Shown: positions 10,515-19,106 of the stretch, piece after piece
Layout of the letters: each line of letters starts with the position of its first letter
How positions within the stretch are numbered: position 1 is the stretch's first letter
Assembly: GCA_050012255.1 (NCBI GenBank)
Contig: JBEKHN010000005.1
Location: 1 to 64,000, forward strand
Length of the DNA stretch: 64,000 nucleotides
Source of the DNA: Candidatus Bathyarchaeia archaeon
GTDB lineage: Archaea > Thermoproteota > Bathyarchaeia > Bathyarchaeales > Bathycorpusculaceae
Reading direction: 5' to 3'
Notes under the pieces: model-generated
The model's database searches: none
The model's input: the letters and a program-made list of their open reading frames with translations, nothing else
Told to the model about the DNA's origin: nothing
Translations under genes and position numbers: made by a program

Positions 10515-12587
10515 GTGAAAAAATTGCCTCAGACTTACGCTTGTCGCAAATGCGGTAAGATCTACTCTTCAGAAGAGTATGAGAACAGTCGATTCTGCAC
10601 TGAATGCGGAACATACCTGATGTCCGAAAGCATGGCTTCTGAGCATTTCAAGGCGAGCCGTCAACGTGTGAAAAACAAGATTCCGAAGAGAAGCATGCTT
10701 CCTGAAAACTATCAGATACGGAAGGAACAGATGGAGTTTGTCCAGGAGGCAGTGAAAGCGCTCAAGAGCAAAGAGGTTTTTGTGGGGAGTGCTCCATGCG
10801 GAGTAGGCAAGTCTCTTGCGTCGTTGCTTGCTGTTTTGCCCGGGCTCGAAGATAACAGACTGATGATCTGCTTCAGAACGAGAAGCCAGTTGCACATTTA
10901 CCTTAAAGAGCTAAGAGCACTCTCAAGTGACCTTTCCGCGGTCTCCTTCTTTAGCAAGCAAGACATGTGTCCTTTGAAGACAAGGGGCGATCTCTCATAT
11001 GTTGACTTTTTTGAAGAATGCAAGAGACTGAAAGATAGCTGCGAATCTTCTGCCAAGCCCTACTGCAAATTCTACATGAACATCTTGAGAGGGAAAAAGG
11101 AAGCTGAAGAATTGGCTCTGGATTGCGCCCAAAGAATTCTTGCGCCAGAGGAATCGGTTGAGATCATGGCCAGGCGAGGATTCTGTGCTCACGAAGCCTT
11201 GAAGAGAATTCTCCCTAAGGCGAACGTTTTTCTCGGAACATACCACTACGCTTTCGACCCCAGAATTAGGGAATCAATACTGAAGAGCTTCGGAGTCGAT
11301 CTCTCAAAGGTCTTCTTAATCGTGGACGAGGCTCATAATCTTCCAACCTTCGCCAGAGAATTGCTTTCTGATCAATTGACAGAGAGTACAGTAGAAAGAG
11401 CTCAAAAGGAGACTGAGATTTTCGAGCATGAGTCACTTGGGTCGGTCAGAGAACACCTAAACGTTCTTCTGGGAGAGGTTTTTCAGCACGCTCGGCAGAC
11501 GTTGAAAGACGAAGATCTCAGACGGCTTAACCCTCAAGAACTCAGTGATCTGTTCCTGGCTCACAATAGCGTATCCGGTCTTGAAGCTTCAGCAACACTT
11601 CTAGAATATGGCGAATTCGTGAAAGAGAAGCGACTTGAGTCTGGCTCTGAGAGAATTTCAAGTTACAATTATCGAATTGGCACGTTCATGGAGAGCTTCT
11701 TCAAGAATGTTGGGTCGAAACATACGCACCTGATCGAAAGAGACCAGAAGAACAGGATTGCTCTGGAGGTCAGGTGCTTCGACGGAAGAGAGGTCGTTGA
11801 TCCCGTTCTGAGAGGAGCGCGAGGAGCCATCCTCATGAGCGGCTTTCTGTCTCCTCCAACCGTCTACAGGGACTTGATGCTCTACAAGCCAGATAATGCT
11901 CGCCTGAAAGAGTTTGACCCTCCTTTTCCGGCTGAGAACAGACTTATCCTAGCTGCTGAGGACGTGTCGTCAGAGTTCAAGAAAAGAACCGACTTGATGC
12001 TTGAGAAGTGGAAAAGTTACGTTGAAGCCATATCCAACGTCAGTCAAGGCAACATAGCCGTCTTCTTCACGAGCTACAGACTAATGCATAGAGTCGCATC
12101 ACTGATAAAGACATACAGAAGGACAACTATGGAAGAGCCGAATATGAAGAGAAACGAAGTGATTGAGAAGCTAGCAAGTTCGTCTAACAACATTCTGTAC
12201 GGAGTCATGGGAGCTAAACTGAGCGAGGGAATAGACTACCCTCACAACATCCTAAAATGTGTTGTAGCCATTGGATTGCCATATGCAACGTGGGACGCTT
12301 ACCAAGAATCACTGATAGGTTATCTTGATCAACAGTTCCCTGGAAACGGGAGAACATATGCCTACTTGACCCCGGCCATACTGCGGCTGGTTCAAGCCTG
12401 TGGGCGCGTTCACAGATCAGCGATAGACAGAGGGTGCATAGTGATATTGGATGAACGGATCACTCAGCCTCACATCAAACGACAACTTCCAAGCTATTAC
12501 CAGAAAGAGATGATTGCTGTGAAAAGCCCCTCTGATTGTGCAGAGCGAATAAAGAGTTTTTGGCACATGCCTGACGCAAGGAAGTAG
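10515..12587 (+). CDS. Rad3/XPD/DinG-family Fe-S helicase with N-terminal Zn ribbon
   Basis: APCGVGKS, Fe-S cysteines, DEAHN, SEGID, QACGRVHRS; N-terminal CRKC...CTEC. Confidence 0.9.
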   Translation: MKKLPQTYACRKCGKIYSSEEYENSRFCTECGTYLMSESMASEHFKASRQRVKNKIPKRSMLPENYQIRKEQMEFVQEAVKALKSKEVFVGSAPCGVGKSLASLLAVLPGLEDNRLMICFRTRSQLHIYLKELRALSSDLSAVSFFSKQDMCPLKTRGDLSYVDFFEECKRLKDSCESSAKPYCKFYMNILRGKKEAEELALDCAQRILAPEESVEIMARRGFCAHEALKRILPKANVFLGTYHYAFDPRIRESILKSFGVDLSKVFLIVDEAHNLPTFARELLSDQLTESTVERAQKETEIFEHESLGSVREHLNVLLGEVFQHARQTLKDEDLRRLNPQELSDLFLAHNSVSGLEASATLLEYGEFVKEKRLESGSERISSYNYRIGTFMESFFKNVGSKHTHLIERDQKNRIALEVRCFDGREVVDPVLRGARGAILMSGFLSPPTVYRDLMLYKPDNARLKEFDPPFPAENRLILAAEDVSSEFKKRTDLMLEKWKSYVEAISNVSQGNIAVFFTSYRLMHRVASLIKTYRRTTMEEPNMKRNEVIEKLASSSNNILYGVMGAKLSEGIDYPHNILKCVVAIGLPYATWDAYQESLIGYLDQQFPGNGRTYAYLTPAILRLVQACGRVHRSAIDRGCIVILDERITQPHIKRQLPSYYQKEMIAVKSPSDCAERIKSFWHMPDARK

Positions 12588-12647
12588 TTTGGGCTATGTA
12601 GCCAACGATAAATACCAGGTCGGATTAAGAACGAAGAGAAGGAGGAG

Positions 12648-13490
12648 GTGAAGAATATGTTTGAGGATTGGACTGTAACCGTGCTTCCTCTCATTTTAGG
12701 AGCGTTCGTTGTTCTCGTCATTTTCTTCTTTAGCTATTACATTGTCAGGCAATGGGAGAGAGTAGCGTTAATTCGTTTGGGTAGGATAGTGAAGATCGAA
12801 GAGAAACCAGGATTGCATTTCAAAATGCCCCTCATTGACACGCTTTATGTCGTTGACATGAGGATGCAGACGATTCAGCTGAAAGGGCAAACAACGATCA
12901 CAAAAGACAACATTTCAGTCAGCATAGACACGGTTGTTTTTTCCAAAGTGGAGGACCCCATGAAAGTCATACTGCAAATCGAAGATTATAAGGACGCTGT
13001 GGCCAAGTATGCACAGACTTCCATCAGAGACGTGATGGGGAAATACAGTCTAGACGACTTGCTTATGAAACGTGAAGAAGTGGCGAACACTTTCAAGGAC
13101 AAGGTTGACGAATTGTCTAAAGTGTGGGGTGTGGACATTACTAAGGCAGAGATTCAAGACATATCTTTGCCTGATGATATGAAAAGAGCCTTGGCGGTAA
13201 AAGCAGAAGCGGATAGAGAAGGACAGGCAGTTTTGATTAAAGCAGATGCAGAACTGAAAGCGTCAAGCATTTACAAACAAGCGGCTGATAACATGAAAGA
13301 CCCTAATGCTATGCAGCTAAGAATCCTGGCGGCAGTGAGTGAAGCAAGCAAAGAAGCGGCAAACACAATAATCATGGCGTTACCGTTAGAGACGTTGAAG
13401 TATGCGAGTATAGGAGATTTGGGAGCATTAGCTTCTATAAACAGCAGTGCGGCTAGAAGACGAGTGGAGGACAGAAGTAAACCACAGTGA
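12648..13490 (+). CDS. SPFH/band-7 (stomatin-like) protein
   Basis: N-terminal TM, VRQWER...RLGR, PGLHF, TKDN, WGVDI..EIQDI.LP, AMQLR. Confidence 0.92.
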   Translation: MKNMFEDWTVTVLPLILGAFVVLVIFFFSYYIVRQWERVALIRLGRIVKIEEKPGLHFKMPLIDTLYVVDMRMQTIQLKGQTTITKDNISVSIDTVVFSKVEDPMKVILQIEDYKDAVAKYAQTSIRDVMGKYSLDDLLMKREEVANTFKDKVDELSKVWGVDITKAEIQDISLPDDMKRALAVKAEADREGQAVLIKADAELKASSIYKQAADNMKDPNAMQLRILAAVSEASKEAANTIIMALPLETLKYASIGDLGALASINSSAARRRVEDRSKPQ

Positions 13491-13822
13491 AAGCTATGAT
13501 TCTGTTTCTTCTTGGTCTATTTGACAATAACGCTTGAGCCCCAGCGCGGTGGTTGCGTGCGCACGGTTAAGAGAGTAGACCTACCTCTTGCCAAACAGTG
13601 CAGCTCGTAATGGATACAGGGCAGCGCATAACGTGAACAAAAAGCGAATGGAAAACAAGTCGAAAAGGAATCCTTCTAGTGACAGGTTGGAGCCCCCATT
13701 TGAACCCCAAGAATTCTTTGCAAGAGGTAGATGATGCAGACTAACGATTACTGAAGATTCAGAAACGTTCCATAGTTTATGAAGAGAAACTCCATATATT
13801 CTTCGCATCAATATTGGGCTAA

Positions 13823-14854
13823 TTGAGTTCAATGAAAGTCGAGCAACTGATAAGAAAGCTTCCGAAAGCAGAGCAGCACATTCACATTGTAGGCTCAACT
13901 AGACCTGAAACCCTACTATGGCTTGCGGATGACGGCGGCCTGGAAAAACCCTTCAAAACTTCAAGGGACGTCCAAAACTTTTTCCAGTTCACGAGCTTTC
14001 CTCAGTTCATCAATGCATACTGCACCATCGTTGACTGCATCACAAAAGAGAATCAATTCGAACGCATCACCTACGAAATGCTAGAGTCAGAGGCCCAGTG
14101 CAACGTTCAATACGTGGAGGCCAGCTTCTCACCGCTTGATCACGTGCTCCGGGGCCTTGATTACGGAAAAATGCTCGATGCCGCAAACAGAGGCATAGAC
14201 CGTGCAAGAATGGACTTCGCAATAGAATGCAATCTTAGAATCGACCTCGTCCGGAACTATGGGCCAGAAAAGGGAATGGAAATCCTAGACTGGGTAGAAA
14301 GCAAGAACGATAACATCATATCAGTTGACCTAGGAGGAAGCGAGGAAAGATTCCCTGCAAAGCAATACAAGTCGGTGTATCAAAGAGCAAAAAAGATCGG
14401 CCTCCATCTGGTTGCTCACGCAGGAGAGGCTGCCGGACCAGACAGCATCTGGCAAGCCGTGACAGAACTCGAAGTTGAACACATAGGTCATGGAGTAACC
14501 GCAATTCACGAACCAAAACTAATGGAACATCTCAAGAAGCGGAACATCACGATCGAAGCATGTCCCACAAGCAACGTAAGAACCCGAGTGGTAAATACAA
14601 TCAAGGATCATCCTATTAAAGTCTTTAACGACCTCGGTCTGGCAGTCACCGTGAACACGGATGATCCATCAATGTTCGGAACTGACATGAACAATGAGTA
14701 TCTGCAGCTTCATCATCAACTCGGCTTCTCGCTCCAAGAACTCTTCAAGTTCAGTCTCAACGCCGTTGACTCATCCTTTCTCCCAGAAGAATCGAAATCC
14801 AAGATGCGTAAATCTTTCATGAAAACTTGTAATCGCATATTGAACGAAAAGTAG
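13823..14854 (+). CDS. add: adenosine/adenine deaminase
   Basis: PKAEQHIH, HAGE, IGHG, CPTSN, NTDDP. Confidence 0.93.
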   Translation: MSSMKVEQLIRKLPKAEQHIHIVGSTRPETLLWLADDGGLEKPFKTSRDVQNFFQFTSFPQFINAYCTIVDCITKENQFERITYEMLESEAQCNVQYVEASFSPLDHVLRGLDYGKMLDAANRGIDRARMDFAIECNLRIDLVRNYGPEKGMEILDWVESKNDNIISVDLGGSEERFPAKQYKSVYQRAKKIGLHLVAHAGEAAGPDSIWQAVTELEVEHIGHGVTAIHEPKLMEHLKKRNITIEACPTSNVRTRVVNTIKDHPIKVFNDLGLAVTVNTDDPSMFGTDMNNEYLQLHHQLGFSLQELFKFSLNAVDSSFLPEESKSKMRKSFMKTCNRILNEK

Positions 14855-14983
14855 CACCTAACAGAACCTCATTTTCTATGTGTACGCGCCTAGAGGAAGA
14901 AGCCATGACAAGGGTAAGAACTGGCTATTCTTATGTTTTTCGTAGACAAGGACCAATCTGTCTTTATTTCGCGAAATAAGGCT

Positions 14984-15106
14984 TGGTGGGGTCGCTGGGA
15001 TTTGAACCCAGGATCGCCAACGCCCCAGGCTGGTATACTAAACCACTCAAGGTAACGGTAGACCAGTATACTATACAGTCACCGTCACTAGCTATACGAC
15101 GACCCC
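14984..15106 (-). tRNA. tRNA-Pro(GGG), CCA encoded, with a 44-nt insertion (15046-15089) at D-loop position 17/17a
   Basis: GGGGTCGTCGTATAGCT-[44 nt]-TGGTTTAGTATACCAGCCTGGGGCGTTGGCGATCCTGGGTTCAAATCCCAGCGACCCCACCA folds into a 79-nt cloverleaf once the insert is removed. Confidence 0.9.
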
Positions 15107-15990
15107 AACCAGAGATAGCATGCAAAGAACAGATAGATAAGACAATCGCCAAAGCCACAATCGAAGGCAAAGCAAAGAACACAATCAACGCCTTCAGACA
15201 CAGACTAATTGAATTAAGCAGAGTTGCCGACCTAATGAACCCCGACGACGTGAAGAAAGCAATCGGATACTCAAAACTAACAAACTCCTCAAAATGCTCG
15301 TTCGCCCTTGCATATGAATGGTTTACCAAAGCCAACGGACTCAAATGGGAAAAGCCACGATTCAAATGGAACTTAACCACGCCGATTATCCCGACCACCG
15401 ACCAAGTCAACAAGATTATTTCAGCCACCACGCTAAGATTTGCTACAATATTCAAGCTAATGGCAGAAACAGGCGTAGAAGGCGAAGAGCTTCACCAGAC
15501 ACACCGAAACCAATTCGAGCAGACACAAGGAATCATAAGCATAAAAGGCCTCAAAGGACACGGTTCAGCCAACTACAAACTGAAGCCACCGACAGCCGAA
15601 ATGCTCAGAGAATACTTAGCCAAGAATCCGACAGACTACCCATTCCCACGACCATACGTAATGTCAGTCATGTGGCGACGAGCCAGAGAAACCGCTAGCA
15701 AAAACAACAACGACCCATGCCTAAGAACAATACCGATGAAGAACCTTAGAAACTACTCAGGCGCACAATTCTGGTACTCATTCCCAGACCCAATAGGCGT
15801 AATGCGACACCTAAGACACAAACGCATGGAAACAACGATGCACTACCTAAGAGCAATCACGCTGGACGGAGATGTTCAATACGACTGTAAGACAGCCAAA
15901 ACGCCCGAAGAAATCCAGAAGCTAATAGAACTAGGATACACAAAGGCCGACGAAATAGACGGAATACACTTCTACAAGAAACGCAAATAA
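15028..15990 (+). CDS. tyrosine integrase, C-terminal part Int(C) of a split SSV1-type integrase
   Basis: ETGVEGEEL, GLKG, KNLRN, LRHKRMETTMHY; ORF begins inside the att/tRNA. Confidence 0.85.
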   Translation, partial: GWYTKPLKVTVDQYTIQSPSLAIRRPQPEIACKEQIDKTIAKATIEGKAKNTINAFRHRLIELSRVADLMNPDDVKKAIGYSKLTNSSKCSFALAYEWFTKANGLKWEKPRFKWNLTTPIIPTTDQVNKIISATTLRFATIFKLMAETGVEGEELHQTHRNQFEQTQGIISIKGLKGHGSANYKLKPPTAEMLREYLAKNPTDYPFPRPYVMSVMWRRARETASKNNNDPCLRTIPMKNLRNYSGAQFWYSFPDPIGVMRHLRHKRMETTMHYLRAITLDGDVQYDCKTAKTPEEIQKLIELGYTKADEIDGIHFYKKRK

Positions 15991-16292
15991 CCCCCTTTTT
16001 TCTTTAACGCGCGTGCTGTTTTCATTCCTACTAGGCTCTCAAAGAAAGTAGCAACCAAAACAACTGTTCCAGAATCAACTAACCTCAAACCTAAATCCGA
16101 ATACGGATGAATTATAAAAGGAGGACCAGCCACCCAGATGCCCGTCACCTTGATTCCATTAATCCAAGCTGTACCAGGGCCAGCCCCACCGACTGTCTCA
16201 GTGAAAAAATACAATTCTAATCCAATAGTTATGAAAGCAAGACTCACAATGAAGAACACGATTAGAGTTCTTCTACCTAGGCTCACAAACAA
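15972..16292 (-). CDS. small two-TM cargo protein
   Basis: 106-aa ORF with two hydrophobic segments, bracketed by integrase-tail repeats. Confidence 0.55.
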   Translation of the reverse strand: MFVSLGRRTLIVFFIVSLAFITIGLELYFFTETVGGAGPGTAWINGIKVTGIWVAGPPFIIHPYSDLGLRLVDSGTVVLVATFFESLVGMKTARALKKKGGYLRFL

Positions 16293-16338
16293 GCCTCAAT
16301 AACAAGTATGACAAATGCGGTCATTAGTCTTTTTCGTT

Positions 16339-16395
16339 GGATCCGAATACGTAACGGAAATGGACAGAACAAAACTGTTCCGAAAACGCAAATAA
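16339..16395 (+). pseudogene. integrase C-terminal tail remnant
   Basis: GSEYVTEMDRTKLFRKRK* followed by CCCTCCTTTTTTT, mirroring the end of Int(C). Confidence 0.7.
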
Positions 16396-16497
16396 CCCTC
16401 CTTTTTTTCTATCTGTTCAGGCACAAGCCTTGATGCTCCTCGGCTCACGCCTCGTCGCACCCGCAAGAAAAAGAAGCGCGCCCTAAAAGACCTCTAA

Positions 16498-16512
16498 GGA
16501 TAAAACTTTACC
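16498..16512 (+). repeat. GGATAAAACTTTACC dispersed repeat, copy 4 (inside the integrated element)
   Basis: Exact 15-mer followed by CCACACAC. Confidence 0.85.
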
Positions 16513-16639
16513 CCACACACACTTCCCTCCCTTCTTCCATCCTTCTATTACATACATACAATTATATACAGACAGACACAGACAGACAAACAGAAATCTT
16601 TAATCTGCACAGCAACATAAGGCAAACTAGAGGTTCAAA

Positions 16640-17236
16640 TTGTCTCAGCAAGTACCGCCGCCGCCTTCAAGACTTAGAAAAGGCTTTCTCGTAATTGGAT
16701 TAGTACTTTTGATTTTGGGTTTCTTCTTTTTCTATCTAGGAAGTGTTACCAATATTGACCATGTGACTACTTATCAAAATGTCGCTAACCTCAACTCTGG
16801 CGGTATGAGTTGGAACCTTGCCCCTTTATTTGGAAGTGTCTATATATATCCCGCCAATCCTCAAACAGTCCAAACAGTCACCGTGCAACCTCATGATTAT
16901 CTTACTGTAAGTTTTCAAAATGTTTCATACGGCTCTACTAATGGAACAATATACATAGTGTTTTTTTCGCCAATTGACAGTGAGAGTGAGAGTTTTAATG
17001 CACCTCCTGGTGGGCAAAGAATAGTAGCGTATTCTCCGTATGGTTCTCTGGATTTCACGAATAAGGCTAATTTCGAAACGACCATTCAGGTTTATCTTTT
17101 CAGTCAAAACACAGACAACATAATCCCAATTATAACAACCTTAAATCATTACGAAAGACCGCAATGGGTCTATTTTGGTGTTGGTGTAGTTCTTTCGTTA
17201 CTAGCTGTAATTCCGATTTTCAAATCGAAAAAGTAA
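16640..17236 (+). CDS. membrane protein with N- and C-terminal TM helices (cargo)
   Basis: 198-aa AT-rich ORF; two terminal TM segments around a beta-rich domain. Confidence 0.7.
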   Translation: MSQQVPPPPSRLRKGFLVIGLVLLILGFFFFYLGSVTNIDHVTTYQNVANLNSGGMSWNLAPLFGSVYIYPANPQTVQTVTVQPHDYLTVSFQNVSYGSTNGTIYIVFFSPIDSESESFNAPPGGQRIVAYSPYGSLDFTNKANFETTIQVYLFSQNTDNIIPIITTLNHYERPQWVYFGVGVVLSLLAVIPIFKSKK

Positions 17237-17340
17237 GCCTAAGCCATACCGTACAGAAGGCTCTAGCACGACTGAGCAAGCCTTAAAGTGTGGATTTCAC
17301 TTACAAACCTGTTGGATGTGGAATAGGGAAAACGGCTTTT

Positions 17341-17529
17341 TCAAAAGCGCGCGCGCTTTCGCGCTCTTCGCCTCCAACCCAGCACACACCAGCTAACCTC
17401 CAAAACAATCCTATCAGCACCACCACGACAAGACTCATCAACACTCAAATGACCCAAAAACTCGGCCTCAGAATCAAAAACACCCTTACAGAAACGACAG
17501 CAACAAAAGCCACCACGTACAGCCCTCAC
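17341..17529 (-). CDS. small Zn-finger-like protein
   Basis: CRFCKGVFDSEAEFLGH; GTGA overlap with the upstream ORF; runs into GCGCGCGCGC at 17347. Confidence 0.5.
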   Translation of the reverse strand: MRAVRGGFCCCRFCKGVFDSEAEFLGHLSVDESCRGGADRIVLEVSWCVLGWRRRARKRARF

Positions 17530-17777
17530 GTAAGACCATCCGACTCCTCATCATCGAAATCGTCATCATCACCGTAAACAACGTCCTGAGGCAACAACTT
17601 AACACCCTTAGGAACAACAGCCCTACGACACAAATGGTCAGGCTCAGCACCATCCACAAACTGACATGCATCAATACACGATTCAACCCGACAACAATGC
17701 TTCTTATCAAATGGACACTTCTTGACTGAACGCCAATAACGAATCGCCTCCTCACCAAATAACTCACCCTCCAACAT
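17526..17777 (-). CDS. small Cys-rich protein with acidic tail
   Basis: 83-aa ORF directly downstream of rep in the same operon. Confidence 0.5.
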   Translation of the reverse strand: MLEGELFGEEAIRYWRSVKKCPFDKKHCCRVESCIDACQFVDGAEPDHLCRRAVVPKGVKLLPQDVVYGDDDDFDDEESDGLT

Positions 17778-18780
17778 CCATAGCCTCCGCTACCTCTTCC
17801 CAAACAACAACACCGCTCTCCACTAAATCCTCATGAGACTCATACTTAAAATCAGGCGACTCCCTATCAACACACAAATGCCTAGAGCCAAGATAGCGAA
17901 CCTTCACCAACCGACGACCACAATACGGACAAACAGACTTCTTAGCAACATACTTGACTTTCAACTTACGATACGAGCAAACACCAAAGTAAGTAACAAC
18001 GCCAAAACGCTTACGGTCAGTTCTCACTGAAGCATGAGACAATTGGTATTTTGCCGTATCAAAAATAGACCTACGCTCACCCGCAACCCCGCATCCTTCA
18101 TTATCCACGGCAATCTTGACTATCCAACCGTCACGCTTGAAATACTCCCTAGTACGACCCTCAAAACCATCACACTCGGAACAGAACTGCTTCCTACAAG
18201 AACGACAACGATACCCACCCTTAATGAATCCAATTATGTGAAAGTGAGGGCTAAAAAACCAATATCCCGTTGCCCTATTCAAGCGAAAGGCATGACGAAT
18301 CACAGTGCCCCCAATCACGCCACGCCTGCCCAAAGCCTCATAAAGCAATCTATATAATTCATCGAGACTCAAATTGTAACGCTCAGGCGGTACAGAAGCC
18401 ACCACATGATCGCACTTACCAAACTGCTTTTCAGCTTCCAACAGGCGGAACTCAATACTACGAGCCTCACGATACAACCAACTCCTAAAGCATATCGGGC
18501 ACGTCGGCGAATGGCAATGATAGAAAACAGGATGCTGATAGACCTGCTCCCGCCACTTCTCACCCTGCAACTGCAACGGTAACTCATGCCCTTCAACGTT
18601 AAGACAACCCCAACGACCCCGATATTTACCACAATTCTCATTAGTCACAGGCCCATGACCGACGAGCTGATTAACCCCACAACTACCATAACTATCATTA
18701 ACAAACTTCTGATACTCCTCATCGTCAAACTCTTCATCATCAGAGAAATCTACATTAACCAAAGACTGGCGGTCAGCCAT
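17764..18780 (-). CDS. rolling-circle replication initiator (HUH endonuclease Rep)
   Basis: CHSPTCPIC, HVVAS, FSPHFHIIG (HUH motif II), TAKYQLSH (catalytic Tyr motif III), C-terminal CPYC. Confidence 0.78.
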   Translation of the reverse strand: MADRQSLVNVDFSDDEEFDDEEYQKFVNDSYGSCGVNQLVGHGPVTNENCGKYRGRWGCLNVEGHELPLQLQGEKWREQVYQHPVFYHCHSPTCPICFRSWLYREARSIEFRLLEAEKQFGKCDHVVASVPPERYNLSLDELYRLLYEALGRRGVIGGTVIRHAFRLNRATGYWFFSPHFHIIGFIKGGYRCRSCRKQFCSECDGFEGRTREYFKRDGWIVKIAVDNEGCGVAGERRSIFDTAKYQLSHASVRTDRKRFGVVTYFGVCSYRKLKVKYVAKKSVCPYCGRRLVKVRYLGSRHLCVDRESPDFKYESHEDLVESGVVVWEEVAEAMDVGG

Positions 18781-18912
18781 TTAAGAACCCCTCCGTTTAA
18801 AACAAGCACCGAACGGACAGCGATACACACCAATCTCAACAGTCAAAATCGCATGAGCACAATAAGCACCAACAAAACACGAATCGACCTGATTTCCCAC
18901 CCGCTCAACCAT
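18781..18912 (-). CDS. 43-aa Cys-rich peptide
   Basis: MVERVGNQVDSCFVGAYCAHAILTVEIGVYRCPFGACFKRRGS*; GGAGG upstream; stop abuts the rep ATG. Confidence 0.45.
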   Translation of the reverse strand: MVERVGNQVDSCFVGAYCAHAILTVEIGVYRCPFGACFKRRGS

Positions 18913-19106
18913 CAAGAAAACCTCCAACGCAATCGAGAAAGGCTCAAAAAAGAGCCAATCCCAACGCCCGCGAGCATTACGCGGAATGAGCTGTGATCTA
19001 GCACATCGAACATTGCACTGATTCTGCTATGACCCGACATATTAGATCAAAATAACAATAGCAAACACCTTAATAAGCGGTGAAGTTAATTTACCAGTAA
19101 AGGTAG

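Noticed and set aside
14983-15027. TTG start of the 335-aa integrase ORF in the ORF track
   Set aside because: These codons are the antisense tRNA 3' half. The real N-terminus appears to be at 21323, on the other side of the element.
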